IMG/VR virus record: IMGVR_UViG_3300038443_001555
From: an uncultured virus (IMG/VR IMGVR_UViG_3300038443_001555)
Lineage: Duplodnaviria > Heunggongvirae > Uroviricota > Caudoviricetes
Strand: one strand, 5' to 3'
Length of the DNA: 24,779 nucleotides
A program made the translations under genes and the position numbers. Shown one piece after another: positions 1 to 8,962 of this stretch. Numbering within the stretch: the first letter of the stretch is position 1; each line of letters starts with the position of its first letter. Below the pieces are notes generated by a model. It saw only the letters and a list, made by a program, of their open reading frames with translations. It searched no databases and had not been told where the DNA came from.

Positions 1-800
1 CCGACACGGATCGGCTTGCCGGTCTCGACGTCGATCGCCAGCACCGTGCCGACCATGCCGTTGCCGACCTTGTTCTCCTTGTGGCTGCTGCGCTCGGTGC
101 GCCCTAGGCTGTTGGTCTTGGCCTCGTTCAGATTGGTCTCGGCCTCTTCGAAGCCGGTGCAGACCGCGTCCTTGTCCGAGGTCGGCTTGAAGCGCCAGAA
201 CTCGTTGTCACGCTTGCCCGGCCGCCCAGACTTGTGCAAGGCCTTCGGATTGCGGAAGATGGCGCCCTCGTACTGCAGGTCCAGGCACTTGGCGATGAAG
301 GCCAGTGCCTGCTCGGCGTTCTCGATGACCTCGTAAGGCAGCACATGGAGATGCTGGGCGAGCACTTCCGGCATTGCCAGGACGTGGGTGCACAGCGCGG
401 CATAACGCTCTTCATACGGCAGGTGCACGATGTCCGGATGCAGGAAGTCGAACAGGTTCCACTTTGCGTTATCCGGCAGGCACTCCTCGCCCTTTTTCAG
501 CTTGCTACGGTTGCACAAGCCGGTGGTCAGGCTGCACAGCGTCTCGCCCTCGGGCAAGCCTTCGGCCGTCAGCAGGCCGTCGATGGTCAGCTCGCCGTCC
601 AGGCCGGCGTACAGGTCGTGCGAAAACTTGAAGTTCAGGGCGTGGTTCTTGAAGGGATCCATCGAGCGACCGACGAAGCCGCGCACGGCGGCCGCGCGCA
701 CGCCGTCGACCTTGGGGAAGCCCCAGAGCGGGAAGGAGACACCCTTGAAGGTTTCGGTGTCGATGTCGTGGGCCAGCTGGCAGGTGATTTCTTGGGTCAT
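1..800 (-). CDS. ATP-dependent DNA ligase (phage type), 3' end outside window
   Basis: Not in the ORF track. Manual translation from ATG at 800 gives MTQEITCQLAHD...PKVDGVRA (motif I KxDG)...LDGEL (III)...NLFDF (IIIa)...YEGAIFR (IV)...WRFKP (V), open to the window edge. Confidence 0.93.
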   Translation of the reverse strand, partial: MTQEITCQLAHDIDTETFKGVSFPLWGFPKVDGVRAAAVRGFVGRSMDPFKNHALNFKFSHDLYAGLDGELTIDGLLTAEGLPEGETLCSLTTGLCNRSKLKKGEECLPDNAKWNLFDFLHPDIVHLPYEERYAALCTHVLAMPEVLAQHLHVLPYEVIENAEQALAFIAKCLDLQYEGAIFRNPKALHKSGRPGKRDNEFWRFKPTSDKDAVCTGFEEAETNLNEAKTNSLGRTERSSHKENKVGNGMVGTVLAIDVETGKPIRV

Positions 801-821
801 TTTCTTCTTTCTGTGGTTGAT

Positions 822-839
822 GCCCGGCGAGCGCCGGGC
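822..839. other. GC-rich intergenic hairpin
   Basis: GCCCGGC-GAGC-GCCGGGC, a 7-bp stem between the 118-aa ORF and the ligase. There is no U-tract on the coding strand. Confidence 0.5.
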
Positions 840-846
840 GGGTGGG

Positions 847-1203
847 TTATCGTTTCTTGCCTTTCTGGTTGCGGCGATACACGGTCAGCTGGGCCAGCGC
901 CTTGAAGATGTGCTGGGTCTCCTTGCCGTACAGGAGGACCACATCGATCCGACCCTGGAGGTGGCTAGGCCCGTACGCATCCTGCACTTCAAGTTGTTGG
1001 AGCGCCCAGCTGCCGCGGCGCTCGCCCATCTGAAGTCGGTGCAGGCTGGTACGATCCGCGACAACCCTGACACGTAGTTCGGTGCGGATCATGCCCGGCG
1101 TGCCCGGCATACCATTCTGCTGGGCGTTCAGCTCCCAGCCCGAGATGAGCCTCGACGAGAGGCCCAAGGTCCGGGCGACTGCTTCGGCGACGAGGTCCTT
1201 CAT
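847..1203 (-). CDS. hypothetical phage protein (118 aa)
   Basis: ATGA overlap with the polymerase stop; AAGGAGG Shine-Dalgarno upstream. Confidence 0.8.
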   Translation of the reverse strand: MKDLVAEAVARTLGLSSRLISGWELNAQQNGMPGTPGMIRTELRVRVVADRTSLHRLQMGERRGSWALQQLEVQDAYGPSHLQGRIDVVLLYGKETQHIFKALAQLTVYRRNQKGKKR

Positions 1204-4200
1204 GCTGCCTCCTTGAGTTCGCCACGCTTACGCATGCCGTCGTACATCTCGGCCAGACCCTTGTCGATCGCCTCACGAGTCGGGTAGGCGCCGATCTCGG
1301 TCTGGCGATAGAAGTTAGGGCCGAACGAGATGGTCGAGACCACCTCGAGGTCCATGGTTTTGTACGGCGCCGTCATCGCCGCGTGGCAGCGCGGCAAGAA
1401 CTCGTACAGGTCCTTGATGCGCACCGACCAGACCACCTCGTCGTGGATCGGGCCGTAGCAGATCGCATCGAAGTCGTAGGCCAGGTTGTCGCGCCACATG
1501 CGGCCCTCGGCTAACTTGGTCTGCTCGCCGGCCGCGCCCTGCACCTTGAAGTTCACCGCCTGGCGCTCGGCCTTGCTCTTGTCGAAGCTGGTGCCGTTCT
1601 GCAGCACGTCGCCAAGGTGGCGCACGGCGCCACCCAGCGTACGCACCACGCCGTTCTGCTTGACCTCGTCGCGGATCGCCTGCTTCCACTGCTCGGCAAC
1701 CGGATACATCGCCTCGCGCGCGTCCAGGAACAGCTGCGCGCGTTCGACCGAGATCATGAGCGTTGCGGCCACCTTCTCGGCCATGGCGCCGTATTCGGCC
1801 GTGAAGTTCACCTTCTTGCCCAGCGCGCGCACCTCCTTGGCCACCTTGTACATCTCGTCGCCTAGGGCTTTCTCCAGCGCGCGCTCGTAGTCCTCGTACG
1901 TCCAGTCCAGGCGCTGCTCTTCGCGGATGATGCCCAGCGCCGTAATGGTGTGCGGCGACTTGCGCTTCTCGCCCTGGAAGCAAGACAGTGCGTTCGGATC
2001 CTGCGACTGGAACGCAATCAGGACCATCTCCTGGGAGTCGAAGTCCATGGAGACGATGACGGCGTCCGGCCGGTGCGGCACGATCACCTCGCGGAACTTG
2101 GCCTCCTGCCCGTCGATCTTCTGGTGCTTGGGCAGCTGCTGCTTGTTGGGCTTGGATTCGCTGGCGCGCCGCGTCACCGTCGAGCACTGGTTGTGCTGCG
2201 AGCGCACGCGGCCGTCCTTCCAGTGCGGGAAGTACGGGTACTTCGAATAGAACAGCGAGCGGCGCGTGGTGACCATGCCCATCAGCTTCAGGGCCTCGAG
2301 CACAGCCTTCTGCTCCGGGTCGCACTCCTGCAAGGCGTAGGCGATCGCCAAGAGGTCAGTCTTGGGCGAGCCCTCGCGGATGCCGGCCTTCTTCATCGCG
2401 TCGGTCGGCATGTTGCGCACGCGGACCGGCAAGCCCATCACCTCGTACATCAGCTTTTGCATCTGCAGGGGCGAACCCTTGTTGAACTGCGGCTCGCCCT
2501 TGAAGTAGCTGCGCACGTAGGCGGTGAACTCCTTCCCGGCCGGCATCTCGTGCTCCGGATCGGTGTCCTTCGCTTCCACCAACCGCTGCAGCATGCCGGC
2601 GAACTGCAGGTGCGGCGTGTTCGCTTCGATGAACTTCACGATCTTCGAAGGCGTGCGCATCATCGTGTCCAGCACCTCGCCGGTCACGATGGTGTAGGCC
2701 TCCTTGATCTGCGCCGGCGTGATGTCGACCGTGTAGGTCGGCGGCGCCGTGCCGGCCCAACCTTGCTCGATCAGGTACTGGCGCACCACCGCCCAGGATG
2801 CCTCGTAGGTCTCGTCGTCCTCACGCTCGAGCTCCTTGCAGCGCGCGACCGACACCTCGGTGCCGTCGATGAAGTTCTTCGCGTGCTGGTAGGCCGCGTC
2901 GATCTCCACCTCGAGGTAGGTCTGCCAGCTGTGCTCAAGCTGCATGAACAGCTTGTAGTAGTTGTGCAGCGCAATCGTGCAGATTGTGTCGTCGCAGCCG
3001 TAGCCGACGACGTGCGTGGCCGGCAGCTCGTTCATCTTGTAGCGGCGCGTCTGGGTCTTCACGACCGGCTGGCCGTCGACCTCGACCAGCTCCTGCTTCG
3101 TGATCTCGGTTGGCACCACGCTGGCGGCGATCTCTTCCTCGGTCAGCGGCTCGAAGCGGCCGGTGCCGACGGTGCGATATTCGTACTCCTCGCGCACCAG
3201 GCGGCCACCCTTGAACAACTGCGACGGGTGCGCGGTGATCACGCAGGTCTCGTCGTAGGTCTGCTGGCGGTAGCCCAAGGTGCCGTGCGACCGCTCCTTC
3301 AGGCCCGTCTTGATGTTCTCGTCGACGTAGTTGGCCTCGAACTTCGTATCCAGCACGTTGGGCAGGAAGCCGTGGTAGCCGTTGTCCATCTGGCGCGCGC
3401 CCCACTCATTGAAGAGCACGGCCAGCTCGAACGAGACGTTCTGAATCACCAGCGGGATCGCCTGCGGGATCTCGGCGATCGCGCGCCGCAGGTCTTCGCT
3501 CGCGATGTTGTCGGTATCGGCGTGGTCGACCGAGAAGTAGAACGTGTACTGGTTGTTCGGGCCGAACGTAAGCGCGAGACCCGTCAGCATCGAGCCGAAC
3601 ACGTCGACGCCGTCCGGGTCGCCCAGCGCGGCCAGCCATTCATCCGACTCGTCCGGCGTCGACGTCTCGATATCGAGCGACACCTCGCGCGATGCGAGGA
3701 TGTGCGGCTTGGCCCAGGCCCAGGCTTCCTTGAACATGGCGCCGGTGATCAATCGTTGCCGGCCGTAGTAGCCCTTCAGGCGCGGATCCCGATCAGTTGG
3801 CTGCAGCTGGCGCACCATGCCCGGCTCCCAGTGCAAGGGTTGGCGCATCGTGTTGACCCACTCGGGGCGCAGGCGCGCCAAGTCGAAGCAGCGGATCACT
3901 TGCGGCGCGTTGTCCAGGATCATCTGCAGCAACTTGTCCTGCGGGCCAGAGATGTAATCGGCCAGCGGCGACAGGTCGCTCCTGAGCAGCATGGCGTGGA
4001 TCTCGGCCAAGCCGTCGTAGCCGTACTGGTTGCACAGCTTCTCGAAGCTTTTCTCACCGAAGCCCGGACAGCCCTTGATGTTGTCCGACGAGTCGCCGAC
4101 CAGCGCCTTGTAGGTCGTGACCAGGTGATAGTCGAACGCGCCGTACTTGCAGAACTCGAACATCTGGTTGATCCAGGTCGAGACGCGCGCGCCCCAGGCG

Positions 4201-4685
4201 TTGGGGTGCAGGTTCAGCGCCGTCAGGTCGTTGTCGAACGTGAAGATGACCAGGTCGTCCTCGGTGTTGAAAGCCAGCCACGCGAGCGTGTCGTCGCCTT
4301 CGGCGAAGTCCTGCCACATCAGTTGAGCGCCAAGTCCGCGCCAGACGTCCTTGAGCATGTCGCGCAGCTTCTCGAATTCGACGTACCACTCAGGCGCGCG
4401 AGAGGGGCCGGCGCCACCCTTGTACTGGTTGTCGATCAGGAGACGCTTGCCCTTGCTGTTCTGGCCTTCGAAGACCAGGACGCAGTCGATCGGCTGCAGC
4501 TTGTATTCCTTGAGCAGATCCAGCATGCGCGCCATGACGTTGTCGTAGCCGTACTGGGCGGAATTGATATAAACAGTTTTCCCTTCGTGCTCGACCTCGT
4601 AACCGTTCTCACGATCCTTGCCGACCGACAGGTGCGTCCACATGAAGGACGACATGTCGAAGGCGCCGCGGCGGTATTTTTTCAT
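1200..4685 (-). CDS. polA: DNA polymerase family A with N-terminal 5'-3' exonuclease, 3'-5' exonuclease and polymerase domains (about 1161 aa)
   Basis: 5'-3' exo motifs EGDD, DNDL, GDSSDNIKGCPGFGEK; Exo I SLDIETS and Exo III YGCDD; polymerase motifs A DFDSQE, B RALGKKVNFTAEYG, C IHDE. Start moved to ATG 4685 (GGGAG SD, ATGA overlap). Confidence 0.96.
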   Translation of the reverse strand: MKKYRRGAFDMSSFMWTHLSVGKDRENGYEVEHEGKTVYINSAQYGYDNVMARMLDLLKEYKLQPIDCVLVFEGQNSKGKRLLIDNQYKGGAGPSRAPEWYVEFEKLRDMLKDVWRGLGAQLMWQDFAEGDDTLAWLAFNTEDDLVIFTFDNDLTALNLHPNAWGARVSTWINQMFEFCKYGAFDYHLVTTYKALVGDSSDNIKGCPGFGEKSFEKLCNQYGYDGLAEIHAMLLRSDLSPLADYISGPQDKLLQMILDNAPQVIRCFDLARLRPEWVNTMRQPLHWEPGMVRQLQPTDRDPRLKGYYGRQRLITGAMFKEAWAWAKPHILASREVSLDIETSTPDESDEWLAALGDPDGVDVFGSMLTGLALTFGPNNQYTFYFSVDHADTDNIASEDLRRAIAEIPQAIPLVIQNVSFELAVLFNEWGARQMDNGYHGFLPNVLDTKFEANYVDENIKTGLKERSHGTLGYRQQTYDETCVITAHPSQLFKGGRLVREEYEYRTVGTGRFEPLTEEEIAASVVPTEITKQELVEVDGQPVVKTQTRRYKMNELPATHVVGYGCDDTICTIALHNYYKLFMQLEHSWQTYLEVEIDAAYQHAKNFIDGTEVSVARCKELEREDDETYEASWAVVRQYLIEQGWAGTAPPTYTVDITPAQIKEAYTIVTGEVLDTMMRTPSKIVKFIEANTPHLQFAGMLQRLVEAKDTDPEHEMPAGKEFTAYVRSYFKGEPQFNKGSPLQMQKLMYEVMGLPVRVRNMPTDAMKKAGIREGSPKTDLLAIAYALQECDPEQKAVLEALKLMGMVTTRRSLFYSKYPYFPHWKDGRVRSQHNQCSTVTRRASESKPNKQQLPKHQKIDGQEAKFREVIVPHRPDAVIVSMDFDSQEMVLIAFQSQDPNALSCFQGEKRKSPHTITALGIIREEQRLDWTYEDYERALEKALGDEMYKVAKEVRALGKKVNFTAEYGAMAEKVAATLMISVERAQLFLDAREAMYPVAEQWKQAIRDEVKQNGVVRTLGGAVRHLGDVLQNGTSFDKSKAERQAVNFKVQGAAGEQTKLAEGRMWRDNLAYDFDAICYGPIHDEVVWSVRIKDLYEFLPRCHAAMTAPYKTMDLEVVSTISFGPNFYRQTEIGAYPTREAIDKGLAEMYDGMRKRGELKEAA

Positions 4686-4882
4686 TGTAGACTCCCGATG
4701 ATGATGGCGCCGATGATTGCAGCGCCAACAGACCACACGCTCGACACCAGCATAAAGTGTCGCGCCCAGCACCAGTCCTCAGACTGGTGCGCCTCCTGCG
4801 CAACCTTCAGGTTGTGGTGGGCGAAATAAACGCACGCGATGCCGAGCGCTGCACGAAAGCTGGTTACAATCATCGGCATCAT
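4682..4882 (-). CDS. small putative membrane protein (66 aa)
   Basis: Start 4882 overlaps the TraR stop (ATGA) with GGAGG upstream; two hydrophobic segments. Confidence 0.65.
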   Translation of the reverse strand: MMPMIVTSFRAALGIACVYFAHHNLKVAQEAHQSEDWCWARHFMLVSSVWSVGAAIIGAIIIGSLQ

Positions 4883-5124
4883 CCTCGCCTCCCAAGTTTC
4901 TCTTTCCGTTCGACCTCGCATTGGCAAGGTGTGCAGCGGATGCGCCCGTAGGCGATGCGCACCGGCGGCAGCTCATCGCCGCAGTCCGGCTCGATGCAGT
5001 GCTTGCCGTCGAAGTCAGGGTGCTTCTCGATCAGCCGGGCGCGCACGCTGGCCAGACCATCGGCCACGGCCTGCTCGCGCACTTCCTCAGCGACTTCAAG
5101 TTCGTCTGCGGTACGTTCGGTCAT
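4879..5124 (-). CDS. TraR/DksA C4-type zinc-finger protein
   Basis: N-terminal helix ADELEVA; C-terminal CIEPDCGDELPPVR...RCTPCQ zinc finger; 81 aa. Confidence 0.88.
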   Translation of the reverse strand: MTERTADELEVAEEVREQAVADGLASVRARLIEKHPDFDGKHCIEPDCGDELPPVRIAYGRIRCTPCQCEVERKEKLGRRG

Positions 5125-5648
5125 TCAGCACCCCACAGCGCCGCGCGCACCAGATGAAACAGCCCGCCCAGCGACGCTTCGTTGTGGATGACAGGATCAC
5201 CAGGCTCACGCAGGATGCCAGCCTCGGATGCGTGACCGGCGTTGGCGCCCAGCTCGGCCGCGCGCCCGGTGATGTGCAGCACCTTGCCTCCCAGCTTGCG
5301 GATCATCGCTGCTTCGTTCTCGAAGCGCACGTCGGAAAACACGATGCGCACGTCATCGGCGAAGTGCGCCAACTTCCTCTCCATGATCTTGGTCCAGATG
5401 TCGGGGTCGAGACCACGACCGAACTCCGTACCCAGCTTCTGCGCAGCCTCGCGCCAGCTGAAGTCGAAGCCCGGGATCGGCTGCTCCTTCAGTGCGCGGT
5501 CGACCGGCTCCGGCATGTCGATGATGGCCAGCATCGCCTTGAGCGGGCCAGCGAATGACAGCTTTAGAAAGCCGTGCGTCGAGCACAGATAGTCGGCGAC
5601 GGTGTCTTTTCCACTCCCGGCCCTGCCGGTGATTCCTACGAGTTGCAT
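5121..5648 (-). CDS. deoxynucleoside monophosphate kinase (T4 gp1-like)
   Basis: VGITGRAGSGKDT P-loop, SFAGPLK, REAAQKLGTEFGR, SDVRFENEA, HASE. Confidence 0.93.
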   Translation of the reverse strand: MQLVGITGRAGSGKDTVADYLCSTHGFLKLSFAGPLKAMLAIIDMPEPVDRALKEQPIPGFDFSWREAAQKLGTEFGRGLDPDIWTKIMERKLAHFADDVRIVFSDVRFENEAAMIRKLGGKVLHITGRAAELGANAGHASEAGILREPGDPVIHNEASLGGLFHLVRAALWGAE

Positions 5649-6712
5649 GTGTCTTCTCCTTCAGTTTTTAGTTGTCGCATCGCTTCCGGAATGCGGGATT
5701 GGTACTCTTGCTCCAGCCACGCGCGGATCGAGTCCAGCTTGGCCTGGGCCAGCGAGAACGGGAACTGCGTGCCGTTGAAGATGTGCTGCTTGAATTTCGA
5801 CGCGCTGATCACATCTGGCACCAGCAGGTTGTTCCAGATGGTCAGCTTGCTGCGGTCCGAGATGCTCATGTCATCCAGCAGATCGATCGAATCGCGCAGC
5901 GCACGCTCGGCCTGGCGCAGGCGCGGCAGGTCCAGCGGCGCCAGCTTCATTTCGGTGACCAGTTCCGGGCAGTGGCCGCCCAGCGACAGGATGCGCATCG
6001 CCTGCAAGGCGAAGTCGATACCCTCGAACTCCTCGAATCGCCGGCGATGCACATGCAGCACCGAGCGCACCATCGCCAGCTGGTCGAAGCGGCAGGTGTA
6101 GTCGGCCTCGCCGCGCGAGGTCTCGAGCAGGTCCGGCACCATGCCGGCCACGTCCATGGTCCAGGGCGAGTCGCAGATGATCAAGCCATTGCGCACGCCG
6201 ATCAGCTTGCCGTTGGCAAGCGCCACATAGAAGTTCTCGTCGTCGCACACCAGGTCGTGCACAGGCAGCGAGGCAGCCGCGATGTGCGCAAGCTCCATCG
6301 AGAACAGCGCGCCGGCTGTCATCTCCATGTTGGCCGGGAAGCCGGCCGGCGTCGAGAACAGGAACGCACGCTGACCCAACTTCACCTTGGGCATGGCCCA
6401 GGCGCAGTTGGCAAAAGCGCCGCGGCGTAGCGCACTTGAGGGCCGGTGCCACAGGTCGTCCAGCGTCTTGGTCCAGAAACGGTGCAGGTTGGCTTCGTCC
6501 AGCGCCACCGGCACGGTGAGATAGTCCGAAACCGGCACGCCGCCCAAGGTGGCCTTGGTGCGCAGCGGCGGCGCCACCCACGGCATGTCCGCGATCTCGA
6601 TCCGGCCCGGGTTGCGCTCCTCCTCGGACAGCGGAGAAGCAGCAAAAGCGGCCGAAACCGCTTTTGCCAAAGCCCGGACCTGCGCGGATGCGCTGATCAG
6701 GTGAGACGCCAT
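5636..6712 (-). CDS. hypothetical protein (358 aa)
   Basis: Long ORF packed between the MazG-like and kinase genes with GC3-rich codons; no confident family. Confidence 0.8.
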   Translation of the reverse strand: MASHLISASAQVRALAKAVSAAFAASPLSEEERNPGRIEIADMPWVAPPLRTKATLGGVPVSDYLTVPVALDEANLHRFWTKTLDDLWHRPSSALRRGAFANCAWAMPKVKLGQRAFLFSTPAGFPANMEMTAGALFSMELAHIAAASLPVHDLVCDDENFYVALANGKLIGVRNGLIICDSPWTMDVAGMVPDLLETSRGEADYTCRFDQLAMVRSVLHVHRRRFEEFEGIDFALQAMRILSLGGHCPELVTEMKLAPLDLPRLRQAERALRDSIDLLDDMSISDRSKLTIWNNLLVPDVISASKFKQHIFNGTQFPFSLAQAKLDSIRAWLEQEYQSRIPEAMRQLKTEGEDTCNS

Positions 6713-6714
6713 GA

Positions 6715-7338
6715 TCAGCTGTTGCGGGCGTCTTCGCCGCCCTTATCAAGCCGCGCCTCGGCCGCTTCGTCGCTGTATGCGTCCGGAAAGCGCTCGCGCA
6801 GCTTGGCGATGTTGTCGCGGGCGACGTCAATCAGATCGACGCCGATCAGGTAGGCCAGATCGACCAGCGCAGCCAGAATGGCTCGAACTTCGTGGATCAA
6901 GTCAACGACGCTCGGCTCAAGGCCGAATTCATCCTCGATACGCTGGGCGATGCGGCCGGCAGCAATCGTCAGGCGCCGCGACACACTGGCTAGTGCCATG
7001 TTCAGCGTGTCACGGCGAGTGATCTCGGCAGCTGGCGCCGCCGGCACGCGGCCGAACGTTTCGCCTTCCGGATCGAATTCACGGGTGATGATCGGCAGGT
7101 ACCAGAGCACGTCGCCGGACTCTTCAGCAATCAGCTGGCGAAAAGTTTTACCGGCATCCGGCCCCTTCTCGACGACGCTGTCCAGTGTCTTACCGTAGAT
7201 GCAGATGCGCTTGATGATGGTGGCGATCTCGCCGGTCTCGGTGGCCACGCCCAGCGCGGCGTGTTCCATGCGCGCGAAGACGGTCGGCAGTGGCTTTTCG
7301 GTGCGGGCCGCGAGGGCCGGGTATTCTGCGAAGTTCAT
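6715..7338 (-). CDS. MazG-like nucleoside triphosphate pyrophosphohydrolase
   Basis: LGVATETGEIATIIKR, AEESGDVLWY and the C-terminal NIAKLRERFP typical of phage MazG-like proteins. Confidence 0.88.
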   Translation of the reverse strand: MNFAEYPALAARTEKPLPTVFARMEHAALGVATETGEIATIIKRICIYGKTLDSVVEKGPDAGKTFRQLIAEESGDVLWYLPIITREFDPEGETFGRVPAAPAAEITRRDTLNMALASVSRRLTIAAGRIAQRIEDEFGLEPSVVDLIHEVRAILAALVDLAYLIGVDLIDVARDNIAKLRERFPDAYSDEAAEARLDKGGEDARNS

Positions 7339-7352
7339 GGGTGGGTCCTTTC

Positions 7353-8063
7353 TTATTTCATCGTTTTGAGAACTTTGACGATCGAGGCCTTCAGGTTCGG
7401 CTCAACTTCGGGCTGCTTCTTGAACCACTCGAGGTAATCCTTGGGCGTGTCCATCAGCAGCCGGCCGCGATACTTGCCGAAGGTCCAGCGATGGATCGTC
7501 GTCTCCTGGGTGGCGTGGAAGTCGCGCAAGGTGCGCCGGCCGGCGCGCGCCATCAGCTCCTTGAGCAGGCGGTGCGTGGTGGCCACGTCGGCCATCGCGC
7601 GGTGCGCTTCGTTCTTCGGAAAACCGAAATGCTCGCGCAAGGTCGGCAGCTTGTGGTTGGCAGCTTCCGGGATCAGGCGGCGCGCGTGAAACAGCGTGCA
7701 GACCGACGAGACGATGTTGCCGACCTTGCGCAGGCGCTTCTCGTCGAACGAGGCGTTGTGCGCGATCAGCACGATGTCGCGGCCGTCGAAGCGGCCGTCG
7801 AGATAGCCCGGTGTCGAGATGAACTCGTCCATCGTCGGCGCGGCGGCCACCATCTCCTGGGTGATGCCGTGCACGCCCTGCGCGCCCGGCTCGATTTCGC
7901 ATTCCGGATCGATCAGCGACTGGATCTCGCCGAGCACTTCCAGCGTGTCGGGGCAGATCTCGCGGAAAGCGACCTCGCAGGCCGGACCGGTCAGGCCAGT
8001 GGTTTCGGTATCGGCGATGACCCAGGCGATCTCGCGGACTTCTTCTTGTTGGACAGCTTCCAA
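7353..8063 (-). CDS. DEDDh 3'-5' exonuclease, ExoX-like
   Basis: ADTETTG, AHNASFD, CTL, AHRAMADV; C-terminal TFGKYRG...PKDYLEW domain as in exonuclease X; TTG start with GGAG SD. Confidence 0.92.
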   Translation of the reverse strand: MEAVQQEEVREIAWVIADTETTGLTGPACEVAFREICPDTLEVLGEIQSLIDPECEIEPGAQGVHGITQEMVAAAPTMDEFISTPGYLDGRFDGRDIVLIAHNASFDEKRLRKVGNIVSSVCTLFHARRLIPEAANHKLPTLREHFGFPKNEAHRAMADVATTHRLLKELMARAGRRTLRDFHATQETTIHRWTFGKYRGRLLMDTPKDYLEWFKKQPEVEPNLKASIVKVLKTMK

Positions 8064-8090
8064 GGTGGTTCTCCAGTGGTTGGGGTGTAG

Positions 8091-8117
8091 AAAAGGGACC
8101 TCCGAGGAGGTCCCTTT
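8091..8117 (-). terminator. Rho-independent terminator after the putative SSB gene
   Basis: Minus strand reads AAAGGGACCTC-CTCG-GAGGTCCC-TTTTCT, about 20 nt after the stop at 8137. Confidence 0.85.
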
Positions 8118-8136
8118 CGGTCAGGCTGGCGCTGCT

Positions 8137-8937
8137 TTATGCGAGGTTGCCTGCGTAGCGGGTGAAGTTGGCGACGGTCCAGCTCATGCTGCCGCGCGTG
8201 ACGACATCACAGTCGATACGCACGACCTGGGCACCCTCCGGCTGGACGAAGCCCTTGCCGATCTTGAAGGCCTGGTCCATCTGGTAGCGCTTGAAGGTAG
8301 CCTTCGAGGTCGGCGGCAGGCTGACCTGTGCCAGCGTGCCTTCCAGTTCCGGCATTTCCTTCTTGCCCTTGGCGCTCAGCTCGGTGATCGCCAGGCCAAG
8401 GACCACGCGCTCGGACAGGTTGGCTTTTTCATAGCCGATGCCCCTCAGCTTCTCGATGTAGTCAGCAATGTCCTCGCCCTTGGTCGTGGTCTTGCCGTCG
8501 TCCGAGTAGCGGACATGCTCTTTCGCCTCATCGCCGTCAACGCCCGGAGACACCACCCACTGATCCTGAAAAGTCAGGATCTCGGCGCCCATGCTTACGC
8601 CCAGCACGCGACCGGTGGATTTGTCCGTGATGTTGCCGTTGGTGATGACCAGCTGGCGCAGCGTGTCGAATTCCAGCGGGAAAGCGTTCTTCAGGGTTTC
8701 CAGTGGGTTCACCATCGGCTTGGCCTTGGCGACCTGGCCGCCGGTGGCTGCCGGCGCCGCGACCGCGGCGCTGGGCGACTTGGCTTCTTCCTTCGGCTGG
8801 GATGCCTTATGCTGCTCAGCTGCAGCAGCCAGGCGCTCCTGCGCCGAAGCGCGAGTTGCTGCGCCCTGGTCGACGGTTTCGTCGTCCGGAGCTTCGAAGG
8901 CCGGGGTCTGTGCTGCGGTGTTTTTGATCAGTGCCAT
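8137..8937 (-). CDS. putative single-stranded DNA-binding protein (266 aa)
   Basis: Start moved to ATG 8937 (AGGA SD). Has its own promoter and terminator inside the replication module, a gene 32-like leader pseudoknot, a low-complexity N-terminus and a beta-rich core. Function is inferred, not homology-proven. Confidence 0.6.
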   Translation of the reverse strand: MALIKNTAAQTPAFEAPDDETVDQGAATRASAQERLAAAAEQHKASQPKEEAKSPSAAVAAPAATGGQVAKAKPMVNPLETLKNAFPLEFDTLRQLVITNGNITDKSTGRVLGVSMGAEILTFQDQWVVSPGVDGDEAKEHVRYSDDGKTTTKGEDIADYIEKLRGIGYEKANLSERVVLGLAITELSAKGKKEMPELEGTLAQVSLPPTSKATFKRYQMDQAFKIGKGFVQPEGAQVVRIDCDVVTRGSMSWTVANFTRYAGNLA

Positions 8938-8962
8938 TTTCGTTTTCCTATCATTGTCGTTG

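Noticed and set aside
1200..4685. Intein or intron as the cause of the polymerase's length
   Set aside because: No C/S...HN-C/S/T splice junctions or LAGLIDADG motifs were seen and the frame is uninterrupted. The fused exonuclease and insertions explain the length.
1950..4829. 959-aa plus-strand ORF, and similar ones at 7819-9906, 10972-11985 and 12383-13471
   Set aside because: Antisense shadows of GC3-rich minus-strand genes; no motifs or SD, and typical shadow composition.
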